64,000 nt of DNA from Coriobacteriia bacterium (GCA_009785705.1 WQVS01000001.1:6689-70688); one strand, 5' to 3'. Positions 18,713 to 27,797 are shown, counted from the first letter of the stretch. Notes: generated by a model not told the origin, from the sequence alone. A program made the numbers and translations.

Positions 18713-20023
18713 TTGAGACTACTATGGGGAACAGCCGCAGAGCTGCTAGAACAACGCAAGGGTTATCAGGAATTGCTCGTAAGCGTAGATGGACGCAGCG
18801 ATAAGGCAAGGGCTATCTCGTATCCAGAAGTAAGCGGCTCTGTTGAAGCGGGCGACCGTATCTTGCTCAACACAACTGCTGTTGATTTGAATCTCGGTAC
18901 TGGGGGTAAACACTTTGTTGTCGCCCGTACCAATGGTGCTGATAAAGCTCCAGACAGTAATCCGCCTCAGCTTGACGAAGCTATGAATCCTGAAGCGGGT
19001 CACCTTATGAAATTGCGCTACACCCCTCATCAACACAACGTACTTAGTGTGGAGGCTCAAGAATCCCCTTATCACAAAGTAATGGAAAACCGTGACAGTC
19101 TAGAGGGAGTACCTGTCGTCTGCTGTGGCCTGCACAGTCAAGTACCCTTAGTTGCGGCAGCAGTGAAGAAAGCCATGCCCTCGCTAACAGTGGGCTATGT
19201 CATGGATGACAGCGCAGCCCTTTCCTTGAACCTCTCAAAAGTGCTGGCAGATTCAGTAGAGGCTGGCCTTATCGATGTGACAGTTTCTACAGGACAATCT
19301 TTCGGTGGAGAAATCGAGGCCATCAATCTGCATTCTGGCCTACTTGCAGCCGTTCATGTAGGGGGCTGTGACGTAGTCATTGCAGGCATAGGTCCTGGTC
19401 TTGCGGGAACGGGTACCCCTTTCGGGCACGGGGGAGTAGCCCAGGGCGAAGCCATTAACGCGACTGCATCCCTAGGTGGTGCACCCATTGTCTGCTTGCG
19501 CATGTCACAAGCTGATGCACGTGAAAGGCACCTAGGCATCAGCCACCATTCCTTAACAGCACTCTCACGAGTAGCCTTAGCTCCAGCAACCATCGCTATA
19601 CCACACATGGATGAGAGCTGCCCTGTGCACGAACGCGTCGATGCCGAATTGGACGAGCTCCCCAATGCGGTGGGTCATATGGCCTTCCAGTTGGAAGAAT
19701 CTTTCTACGACGAGGCTGCCTTGCGCGGAATAAGGGTTACTACCATGGGGCGAAACTACGCACAAGACCCTCTTTTCTATGAGGCAGCTAGTGCGGCAGG
19801 TGCTACTGCTGCTATGGTGGCAGTTATGACCATTGAAGAAGAGGCAGCTGCGGCAGTAAAAGAGGCAGAGGAAGCAGCAGAAACTGCCGTATTTGGTGGA
19901 TGTAGCGCAAAGGTAGAGGGGGGTACAGCACTGGCGTCTACAGCGACAGCAGGCTGTCCTTCAGCCAGTAGTTGTGCTTCTGCCAGCACTTGTACAAGTG
20001 ACCATGCAGGTTCATGTGGTTAG
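18713..20023 (+). CDS. Conserved hypothetical protein (possibly DUF3866-like) with an Ala-rich and Cys-rich C-terminal tail
   Basis: 436-aa ORF starting with TTG (start uncertain). The tail is ...GCPSASSCASASTCTSDHAGSCG. Confidence 0.4.
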   Translation: MRLLWGTAAELLEQRKGYQELLVSVDGRSDKARAISYPEVSGSVEAGDRILLNTTAVDLNLGTGGKHFVVARTNGADKAPDSNPPQLDEAMNPEAGHLMKLRYTPHQHNVLSVEAQESPYHKVMENRDSLEGVPVVCCGLHSQVPLVAAAVKKAMPSLTVGYVMDDSAALSLNLSKVLADSVEAGLIDVTVSTGQSFGGEIEAINLHSGLLAAVHVGGCDVVIAGIGPGLAGTGTPFGHGGVAQGEAINATASLGGAPIVCLRMSQADARERHLGISHHSLTALSRVALAPATIAIPHMDESCPVHERVDAELDELPNAVGHMAFQLEESFYDEAALRGIRVTTMGRNYAQDPLFYEAASAAGATAAMVAVMTIEEEAAAAVKEAEEAAETAVFGGCSAKVEGGTALASTATAGCPSASSCASASTCTSDHAGSCG

Positions 20024-20153
20024 AGGCTAACCATTGGCGGACTTGTCAGTAGCAATAAAGAGCGGACGGTAGGCGAGTCTAGTAAACTCGTCTTGTATAA
20101 AAGGAGTGCCTGCGCCATAAACGGTGTAGGACATAAGTGAAAGAAGGATGCAA

Positions 20154-21266
20154 ATGATTATTGGTGTACCCGCAGAAATCAAGAACAATGAATATCGCAT
20201 TGGTTTGACTCCTGCTGCGGCAGCTGACTATGTGGCTCATGGCCACTCAGTCATCATCGAAAAGGGTGCGGGCCTAGGGTCTTCTTTTCCTGACGAGCAG
20301 TACGTAGCTGCTGGTTGTGAAATGGTAGACACGGCCAAAGAGGTATTTGATCGAGCAGAAATGATTGTAAAGGTAAAAGAGCCCCAGGCAGTAGAAATTG
20401 ACATGCTGCGCGAAGGTCAAATTCTTTATACTTATTTGCATCTTGCTCCCGACCGCCCACAGACCGAAGGTCTCGTCAAGTCAGGCGCTGTCTGCATTGC
20501 TTACGAAACAGTAGAGCTACCTGACGGTTCACTGCCGTTATTGGCTCCTATGTCAGAAGTTGCAGGACGTATGGCGACACAAGTAGGCGCACACTTCCTA
20601 GAGAAGCCCTGTGGCGGACGTGGTGTTCTCATGGGTGGCGTACCCGGAGTAGCCCCAGCAAACGTAATCGTTTTGGGTGGTGGAGTAGTAGGAACCAGTG
20701 CTGCTTACATCGCAAAGGGTATGGGTGCTAACGTCACTGTTATGGATATCGACCTGGGTCGTTTGCGTTACTTGGATAATGTATGGGAAAACAAGGTAAC
20801 AACACTGTTCTCATCGCGCGGTAACCTGCTAGAAGTTCTGCCCCAGGCTGATTTAGTAATTGGTGCTATCTACATTCCTGGTGCACGTGCACCATGGCTG
20901 GTTACGCGTGATATGTTAAGCATGATGAAACCAGGAGCAGTTGCAGTAGATGTGGCGATAGACCAGGGTGGCTGTATTGAAACATCAGTACCTACAACAC
21001 ATGCTGATCCAACCTTCTTTGTGGATGGTATTTTGCACTATGGTGTAGCAAATATGCCTGGTGCTGTACCCAATACTTCAACGCGCGCACTGAACAATGC
21101 AACCTTGCGCTACGGTCTCAATATCGCTAACAAGGGCTGGAAGCAGGCCTTGCGTGATGATGCAGCACTAGCAAAGGGCGCAAACGTGATAGAGGGCAAG
21201 GTAGTGTATGAGTGTGTGGCTAATGAGCATGGACTAGAGTACACCCCACTAGAAGAATTGCTCTAG
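20154..21266 (+). CDS. ald: Alanine dehydrogenase
   Basis: Ald N-terminus (MIIGVPAEIKNNEYRIGLTP) and NAD-binding motif GGGVVG. The start is ATG 20148 or 20154. Confidence 0.9.
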   Translation: MIIGVPAEIKNNEYRIGLTPAAAADYVAHGHSVIIEKGAGLGSSFPDEQYVAAGCEMVDTAKEVFDRAEMIVKVKEPQAVEIDMLREGQILYTYLHLAPDRPQTEGLVKSGAVCIAYETVELPDGSLPLLAPMSEVAGRMATQVGAHFLEKPCGGRGVLMGGVPGVAPANVIVLGGGVVGTSAAYIAKGMGANVTVMDIDLGRLRYLDNVWENKVTTLFSSRGNLLEVLPQADLVIGAIYIPGARAPWLVTRDMLSMMKPGAVAVDVAIDQGGCIETSVPTTHADPTFFVDGILHYGVANMPGAVPNTSTRALNNATLRYGLNIANKGWKQALRDDAALAKGANVIEGKVVYECVANEHGLEYTPLEELL

Positions 21267-21344
21267 TAGTGAAATTGTTGACAATTGCTCTTTAGGGTGG
21301 CATTATAAACATAGAGAAAGCCTATCGCTATTAGCGTGGCGGGG

Positions 21345-21488
21345 CTACCTCAGTTTTATGTAGCGCCGTCCACTTGGTCGGCGCTTTGCTTTTCTACTTA
21401 TCCTTAAGATAAGCAGTGCGATTCCCAGAGCAGCCTCCAGCGTCTGTATTGCCAGCAAAGCTAGTATGAGAAATTGAAGAATGCCCAT
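21345..21488 (-). CDS. Candidate 47-aa small membrane peptide (type I toxin-like)
   Basis: Strong SD AAAGGAGGTG lies 5 nt before ATG. The peptide has an N-terminal TM helix (MGILQFLILALLAIQTLEAALGIALLILRI) and a basic tail (SRKAKRRPSGRRYIKLR). It is absent from the ORF track because it is under 60 aa. Confidence 0.35.
   Translation of the reverse strand: MGILQFLILALLAIQTLEAALGIALLILRISRKAKRRPSGRRYIKLR
21362..21395 (+). terminator. Intrinsic terminator of ald
   Basis: Hairpin GCGCCG with loop tccacttggt then CGGCGC, followed by TTTGCTTTTCT. Confidence 0.6.
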
Positions 21489-21630
21489 CTAATCACCTCC
21501 TTTATCAAGGGATAAAAGAGGTAGCAAAACCCGCCTAGCGATAGGCTTGCTAGCTATCATAGGTGGACTACTTTGATTGTGCAAGTAAATAAACGCCAAT
21601 TGACAAAATTGTCAGTAAAATTAATTTGAG

Positions 21631-22557
21631 ATGAATACCTATTTAGAAGATTTTTTAGCTTACTTGAATATCGAGCAGGGGGTTTCGCCTCATACGCTTG
21701 AGGCTTATCGTCGTGATATTGCTGACTTTATTCAGTGGGCTGACTCTCTGGGCAGGACAAGGCTTGAAGATGTGCAGCGCAGTGACATTGATTCTTACAT
21801 CGCTGCGCTTAAGACTGGTAAGCAGCCCTTATCAGCCAATTCAATCGAACGCAGATTATCTGCAATTAATAGTTTCTATAAATATCTTGCGCGGGAAGGT
21901 TTCTCAGTTAACTCTCCTGTATCGCAACTTGCGCGTAGAAAAAAGGATCAACGACTTCCTAATTATCTGAGTATTGCGCAGGTAGAAGCCCTGTTTGCTG
22001 CTCTGGATCCCGACCTTGCTACAAATCCTGCATTAGGATTGCGCAATAGGGCTATGGTAGAACTTCTCTATTCAAGTGGTCTGCGCGTAAGTGAATTATG
22101 TAACTTGCGCATCGACCAAGTAAATATTGATGAGCAGTTCTTGCGCACTATGGGCAAAGGCTCGAAAGAGCGCATTGTGCCTTTAGGTGCTGTTGCTCTG
22201 CAGTGGCTAGAGCGCTATCTGCTACAGGGAAGGTCTGCTCTAAAGCCCAAGCGAGGTCTGCCCGCAACGGCAGATGAAGTATTCTTAACCGTAAAAGGTA
22301 AGCCCATCTATCGCCAGGCAGTCTATGCCGTGGTGCGCACTGCAGGGGAACAGGCAGGCATCAAAGGATTACACCCTCACGTTCTGCGCCATACCTTTGC
22401 CACGCATCTGCTAAACGGAGGAGCAGACCTCCGTGCACTGCAAGAAATGTTGGGTCACAGCGACCTATCAACTACACAGGTATACACTCACCTAAGCAAG
22501 GAACATTTAAAAGAAGAATACATAGCAGCACATCCCCGCGCAAAAAGAGGTACCTGA
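21631..22557 (+). CDS. xerD: Tyrosine recombinase of the XerC/XerD family
   Basis: C-terminal catalytic box HPHVLRHTFATHLL...LGHSDLSTTQVYTHL and an N-terminal core-binding domain. Confidence 0.85.
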   Translation: MNTYLEDFLAYLNIEQGVSPHTLEAYRRDIADFIQWADSLGRTRLEDVQRSDIDSYIAALKTGKQPLSANSIERRLSAINSFYKYLAREGFSVNSPVSQLARRKKDQRLPNYLSIAQVEALFAALDPDLATNPALGLRNRAMVELLYSSGLRVSELCNLRIDQVNIDEQFLRTMGKGSKERIVPLGAVALQWLERYLLQGRSALKPKRGLPATADEVFLTVKGKPIYRQAVYAVVRTAGEQAGIKGLHPHVLRHTFATHLLNGGADLRALQEMLGHSDLSTTQVYTHLSKEHLKEEYIAAHPRAKRGT

Positions 22558-22560
22558 AGT

Positions 22561-22592
22561 TCTTATACCTATGTTGCAGCATAGGTTCTATG
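22561..22592. other. dif/att-like inverted repeat (7-bp arms, 6-bp spacer) directly after xerD. It could instead be the xerD terminator.
   Basis: ACCTATG ttgcag CATAGGT, with extended arms ttatACCTATG / CATAGGTtcta. Confidence 0.3.
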
Positions 22593-22733
22593 AAATTTGA
22601 ATCTATCAAAAGGTAGGCAACAGCAATCTGGTAATAACCCTCTCTGTTTGTAATAAAAAGAAGGCAAAATCTTGTGCTTCATAATAAAATATAGTGCAAT
22701 ACAGCTCCATCCGGCACTTTCGAGAGGACACAA

Positions 22734-25664
22734 ATGACCGCCACCATAACAAATAAAGCCACAGCAGACCGTATCCTAGCCGCCGAAACTTTCGTCACTG
22801 AATGGACAGACCGCGGACAGGAAAACGCAGACACACAAACTTTCTGGAACCAGTTCCTCGAAGAGGTCATGGGCATCTCGCGCGTACACCACCATATCGA
22901 CTATGAAAAGAAAGTCCGCATTGGCCGCTCCAGCAACAGAATCGATGCCTACATCCCAGAATCCCGTATCCTCATTGAACAAAAATCTTACCTTACCGAC
23001 CTTACTAAACCACAACACCAGTCAGACGACACCACTCTCACGCCCTACGAACAAGCATTACGCTACGCAGCAAATCTACCGCAATCAGAACAGCCTAAAT
23101 ACATCATTACCTGTAACTTCAGCGAATTCCACATCTACGACCGTAACCACGACCCAGCAGGAACTGACCCCACCATAATCACCCTGCAAGAACTTCCCCA
23201 GCAATTACAAGCCTTCACCTTCATAACGGAGCCCATTGACACTAGAATCACCCGCCAGCAACAACTAAACTTTGACGCAGCACGACTCATAGGTAATCTC
23301 TACGACGACATCAAGCACCAATACACTGGCAGCGAGCCTAGCAGCGACCCAACAGACACCCCCACCTGCACCCAGCGCGACCTAGCGACATTGATGGTCA
23401 GACTGCTATTCTGCCTCTATTCAGAAGACAGCGGTCTGTTCGAACAGGGTCTCTTCCGCAAATACTTACTGCACATCCCCGCAGGACAAGGGCACTTCCG
23501 CCGTGCGCTCATAGACCTCTTCCGCACCCTCAACACACCCTACGACCAGCGCGACACCCTGCCAACAGAAACCCTGGCCCAGTTTCCCTACATCAACGGC
23601 GGCCTTTTCGCAGACAGCATCGAAATCCCCATCTTTACCAATGACATCAAATTCAAGCTATTGCACGAGGCTGGCGAAAACTTCAACTGGTCAGAAATCT
23701 CACCGGTCATCTTTGGCTCGATATTTGAATCCATCCTCTCGGGCGATGAACGCCGCGCAGGAGGCATGCACTACACCAGCGTAGATAACATCCACAAAGT
23801 AATCGACCCGCTCTTTCTAAACGACCTAAGGCAGCGACTAAACAAAGCAGGTACTAACAAGACTGCACTCACCAAGCTGCAAACCGAGCTCGCCACCCTA
23901 AACTTCCTAGACCCCGCCTGTGGCAGCGGAAACTTCCTAACTCAAACCTATCTAGAGTTGCGGTCCATAGAGAACGAAATCCTAAAGCGTCTCATAGGCG
24001 ACCAAATGACCATGGACCTAGCCACTTTTACAGATGCGGAGGAGGAGGGCGGCCCATCATTGGTCAAAGTAAATGTCGGTCAGTTCTACGGTATAGAAAT
24101 AAACGACTTTGCTGTGTCGGTGGCTAACGCAGCCCTATGGATTGCAGACCACCAAGCCAACCAGCAAACTGCCAAGATTATTGGCCGCCCCGTAGTAAAT
24201 CTGCCACTGATTGACTATCACCACATAGTAGTAGGCAATGCCCTGCGCATGGACTGGAACGAAGTGCTGCCAGCCAGTGAGTGCAGCTACATCATGGGCA
24301 ACCCTCCGTTTTTGGGTTACTCGAACCAAAGTCCAGAACAAAAGGCTGACATGCTAGCAGTTTGCACAGATGAAAACGGTAAGCCACTGAGAGGTGCGGG
24401 CAAAATAGACTACGTGGCTGGCTGGTACTTCAAGACTGCCAGATTCGTGGGGGGGGGGGGCATCTCTGCCGCCCTTGTATCGACAAGCTCAATCACGCAA
24501 GGCGAGCAAGTTGTCTTGTTGTGGCAACCACTAATTGAGGAATTCGGCATGTCGATTGACTTTGCATATCGGACTTTTAACTGGACTGTTGACCACGCAA
24601 ACGCAGCTGCTGTCCACTGTGTAATTATCGGCTTTTCATGCGCTAATTCTTATCTTCGTTGTCCTAACGAATCTCACCTCCGTCATTGCGACCCCCGAGC
24701 CGCAATCTTGGACTCACAGTCAAGAGGCTCTCGCACAAAAATCATATACGACGGTTGTGAAGCTATAGTTGCCCAGAACATCAATCCGTACTTGCTTGAT
24801 GCACCAAATATATTTATCAAGATTCGAACGAAACCTCTTTCAGATGTTCCAAAAATGATAACTGGTAATCGTCCCGCAGATGGTGGTCATCTAATTATCG
24901 AAGACGTTGATTTGGCAGATTTTATCAAGAATGACCCATTGTCAGAAAAGTACATTCGCAAGTTTATGGGAGCAGCAGAATTTATCAACAACAGAAAGCG
25001 TTGGTGTTTGTGGCTTGTTGGTGTTCCGCCAAAAGAACTGCGCAGCATGCCAGAAGTCATGAAGCGAATTGCTGCATGTAGGGAAGACCGTCTGAGTGCA
25101 AAAGATATTGGTCGTCAAAGACTTGCTGAAACACCAACTTTATTTAGAGAAGTGAATAGTCCTCAATCTTTTATAATCATTCCTCGACACTCGTCTGAAG
25201 GCAGGAAATATATTCCTTTGGGGTTTGCTGGTTCTGATGTTATTGTTAATGATGCTGTAATGATTATTCCGGATGCAACACTTTATCACTTTGGAGTCCT
25301 AATTTCTCAATTTCACAATGTTTGGGTGCGGACTGTGGCTGGGCGACTAGAAAGTCGTTATCGCTATTCGAAAAATGTTGTCTACAACAATTTCATCTGG
25401 CCAGACCCAACTGACCTGACCCAAAAAGCAAAAATCGAACAACTCGCCCAATCAGTCTTAGATGCTCGAGCCACCTACTCAGACAGCTCACTAGCAGACC
25501 TCTACGATCCCCTAACTATGCCACCCGACCTACTAAAAACCCACAAAGCCCTCGACAAAGCCGTTGAACAAGCCTACGGAGTCAACTTCCGCGGCAACGA
25601 ACCCGCCATAGTCCAACACCTCTTCCAACTTTATTCTCGAAAGGTTCGGGAGGATTTAGAATGA
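22734..25664 (+). CDS. Type IIL (MmeI-family) single-polypeptide restriction-modification enzyme. It combines an N-terminal PD-ExK nuclease, a gamma-class N6-adenine methyltransferase and a C-terminal target-recognition domain (TRD).
   Basis: 976 aa. D-x9-E-x-K (DAYIPESRILIEQK) near the N-terminus. MTase motif I DPACGSGNFL and motif IV NPPF. The C-terminal domain has a distinct, AT-richer composition. Confidence 0.8.
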   Translation: MTATITNKATADRILAAETFVTEWTDRGQENADTQTFWNQFLEEVMGISRVHHHIDYEKKVRIGRSSNRIDAYIPESRILIEQKSYLTDLTKPQHQSDDTTLTPYEQALRYAANLPQSEQPKYIITCNFSEFHIYDRNHDPAGTDPTIITLQELPQQLQAFTFITEPIDTRITRQQQLNFDAARLIGNLYDDIKHQYTGSEPSSDPTDTPTCTQRDLATLMVRLLFCLYSEDSGLFEQGLFRKYLLHIPAGQGHFRRALIDLFRTLNTPYDQRDTLPTETLAQFPYINGGLFADSIEIPIFTNDIKFKLLHEAGENFNWSEISPVIFGSIFESILSGDERRAGGMHYTSVDNIHKVIDPLFLNDLRQRLNKAGTNKTALTKLQTELATLNFLDPACGSGNFLTQTYLELRSIENEILKRLIGDQMTMDLATFTDAEEEGGPSLVKVNVGQFYGIEINDFAVSVANAALWIADHQANQQTAKIIGRPVVNLPLIDYHHIVVGNALRMDWNEVLPASECSYIMGNPPFLGYSNQSPEQKADMLAVCTDENGKPLRGAGKIDYVAGWYFKTARFVGGGGISAALVSTSSITQGEQVVLLWQPLIEEFGMSIDFAYRTFNWTVDHANAAAVHCVIIGFSCANSYLRCPNESHLRHCDPRAAILDSQSRGSRTKIIYDGCEAIVAQNINPYLLDAPNIFIKIRTKPLSDVPKMITGNRPADGGHLIIEDVDLADFIKNDPLSEKYIRKFMGAAEFINNRKRWCLWLVGVPPKELRSMPEVMKRIAACREDRLSAKDIGRQRLAETPTLFREVNSPQSFIIIPRHSSEGRKYIPLGFAGSDVIVNDAVMIIPDATLYHFGVLISQFHNVWVRTVAGRLESRYRYSKNVVYNNFIWPDPTDLTQKAKIEQLAQSVLDARATYSDSSLADLYDPLTMPPDLLKTHKALDKAVEQAYGVNFRGNEPAIVQHLFQLYSRKVREDLE
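24449..24460 (+). repeat. G12 homopolymeric tract inside the RM gene coding sequence, encoding V-G-G-G-G
   Basis: Direct count from the sequence: agattcGTGGGGGGGGGGGGcatc. It is in frame as assembled. Confidence 0.9.
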
Positions 25665-26647
25665 ACGAGAGCGAGAGAGTAAGAATAGCAATTGAATGTG
25701 GGTGGCTAGTAGCTGGACTTCCAGCTGTCTCTTTTTCGCATTCATTATGCAATCTTTTGTCTGGATTCGGTAAGGCTGAAGAGGTATACCCTATGATATG
25801 TGGATGGACTGCATTTCACAGAAAAAATAATCCCATTGAACGAGCATATCACTATACAAGCATAGAAGGAATGGAAGGAATTTTACTTACACCTGTAAGC
25901 GTGAAAACATCATTAATCTCAAACCTTTGCGCGAATACTGATTTCTCAGATATGTTTGCAATGGGCGTTAAGCCAGTTGGTAGTAGCAACGACTCTTCGG
26001 AGGGCGGAGCATACTGTAAAGAGATTTTTGAGCTCATGCTGAGTGATATGCTAGAGGAAAAATTGATAACAGAATCATTTGTACAGCTTGTCAGTGATGT
26101 TATCTCTAGAGGAGATACATATAAAAAATGGCCAGAAATTCTTGAATATATGGCATGCTTTTCAGCAGCACGTGACAGCGAAACCATGTGGAAAGGCTAC
26201 AGTAATGGACAAGGAGTAGCTCTAGGGTTTGATTTTCAGAATTCCGAGCTACTTTTCCCACTGATGTACTTGCGGACAGAGCAAGAATTTTGTGTGCGCA
26301 AGGCGTGCGAGGCATTATGCAAAATATTCAATGAAGAATATATGCAGGGTAAGGATGAGGTTGAAAGGGCCATCAGCGCAGCATTTGAACTTTTTTCTGG
26401 GCGCTTCAAGAAGGAGGATTCTGTAGATGAGCAAGAGTGGCGGCTACGAATCATAGATGAAGATAATGAGTTTGGCGATAGAGTTAGCGATGAGCGCTTA
26501 TTGGTTGCCTTGCCAAAGTCCTATCTTAAAGAGATAATTTGTAGTCCAGGAACTTCTAACGAGCAGGTGGAAGAAATACGTCGAAGGCTCGAATCAGCAG
26601 GCTACAGCATAAATGTATCCACTTCGTTGCTGACAGTTGCGAATTGA
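25661..26647 (+). CDS. DUF2971-like hypothetical protein, translationally coupled to the RM gene
   Basis: Its start overlaps the RM stop (ATGA). It has a YHYTSIEGMEGIL-type motif typical of DUF2971. AT-rich composition. Confidence 0.4.
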   Translation: MNESERVRIAIECGWLVAGLPAVSFSHSLCNLLSGFGKAEEVYPMICGWTAFHRKNNPIERAYHYTSIEGMEGILLTPVSVKTSLISNLCANTDFSDMFAMGVKPVGSSNDSSEGGAYCKEIFELMLSDMLEEKLITESFVQLVSDVISRGDTYKKWPEILEYMACFSAARDSETMWKGYSNGQGVALGFDFQNSELLFPLMYLRTEQEFCVRKACEALCKIFNEEYMQGKDEVERAISAAFELFSGRFKKEDSVDEQEWRLRIIDEDNEFGDRVSDERLLVALPKSYLKEIICSPGTSNEQVEEIRRRLESAGYSINVSTSLLTVAN

Positions 26648-26792
26648 TGATTGTGGATATAGTTCTGGCAAGACCTATGAGTTCCAGTGCGAACACTGTG
26701 CGCGATGTTTCATGCAAAAATGCTCGTAAGATATTCCCTGCTTCATGCCACATAATACAGAAATTGACATTAGCCGATGTGGATCAGATGCT

Positions 26793-27281
26793 ATGCTAAT
26801 CAAGAAACTTATTTTCACTGCTTTGGGAGTTTTGCTACTAGCGGTCACTTTAGCAGGATGTATTTCTTTCGATGTTTCTCGTGAACCTGTGGTGGCTGAT
26901 GAATTTATTGCTGCTGCAGAAGTCCTCTCATTTGAGACTTACGAGATACCAAGGGACGAAATTGAACACTTGGTTGAAGCTGGAGCAGTCAGTTCTTTTT
27001 CTGCCAACCGCGGAACAGCATCGGTGGGCTTTGACATCTATAGCGATGAAGATAGTGCAGAAGATAATTTTGACTTTTATCGTACAGGGGTAGTGAGCTT
27101 ATTTCCATCGCCTTCGTTTGAGGAGCTTGATGGATGTTCTGCATGGGACTTTCATCAAAGACGGAGTTCTACTGCTTTGGTAGTGGCTATTCGTGTTGAC
27201 AATACGGTGTTCTTTGCTAGTGCAGAAACCATTGAAGACGTTGCGGCAGTAGATGCACTTATTGCTGCCATTGGATACTAA
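26793..27281 (+). CDS. Hypothetical lipoprotein
   Basis: Signal peptide with lipobox LAGC. The ORF is open from 26745. The start is uncertain. Confidence 0.4.
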   Translation: MLIKKLIFTALGVLLLAVTLAGCISFDVSREPVVADEFIAAAEVLSFETYEIPRDEIEHLVEAGAVSSFSANRGTASVGFDIYSDEDSAEDNFDFYRTGVVSLFPSPSFEELDGCSAWDFHQRRSSTALVVAIRVDNTVFFASAETIEDVAAVDALIAAIGY

Positions 27282-27616
27282 ATGGAAAATAGAGTGTCAT
27301 GGGGACGTATAACCTGACGCTTTTTGCTGGACTTGTAGCGAATAGCTTGAATCAGCATAAGCCGCAGGTGAGAGGAGTGGGCAGACTGCCCTATCCACTG
27401 TATCAGGCACTGTCCTAACCACTGACACTATCTTTGGTAGCACCGTCGACCACCGCATTGCAAAAGATTAGATGTATTGCGGGGTGTTAGTGCAGACACA
27501 TTTTGCTGGCTTGCGGGGATGGACAGTTCTTCCTCTGTCAGACCAGAGAACCCTTCTTCACTGAATGAACATGTGTTGCATATTGCGCTACTAAGAGAAG
27601 AGACCTATAATCGTTC

Positions 27617-27797
27617 CTAGTGTGTAGATGCCTGCAGAGTGGTGTAGGTTTTCTACTTTGAAATAGAAGAGTGCCAAAGAGAGATGCTTGACTACTATAC
27701 CGCGTCCCTTGGCCCTTACCTTAGTCCACTTACGTAGTTCGGATAACTGCGTTTGTATATAAAGTTTCTCGGTTACGATTTACGCGAAAGGAGAAGG
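27617..27797 (+). promoter_or_regulatory. Conserved non-coding element, copy 1, in the long leader of the tupABC-moco operon. It is a candidate Mo/W-cofactor-responsive riboswitch or regulator binding region.
   Basis: Shares the blocks CTAGTGTGTAGATGC, TTTTCTACTTT and GAAAGGA with the element at 37664-37817. It also shares a 49-nt core (27733-27781), identical except for one base. Confidence 0.4.

Noticed and set aside
24449-24460. Possibility that the G12 tract is a homopolymer sequencing or assembly artefact.
   Set aside because: It cannot be excluded from sequence alone. However, the tract is in frame and yields a full-length protein with an intact downstream domain, so it is reported as real, with read-level verification requested.
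27282-27616. About 330 nt of ORF-free sequence downstream of the lipoprotein gene. It contains short hairpins such as GGGCAGaCTGCCC.
   Set aside because: No repeat partner, RNA-family signature or coding frame could be supported. It probably represents island-boundary or degraded sequence.
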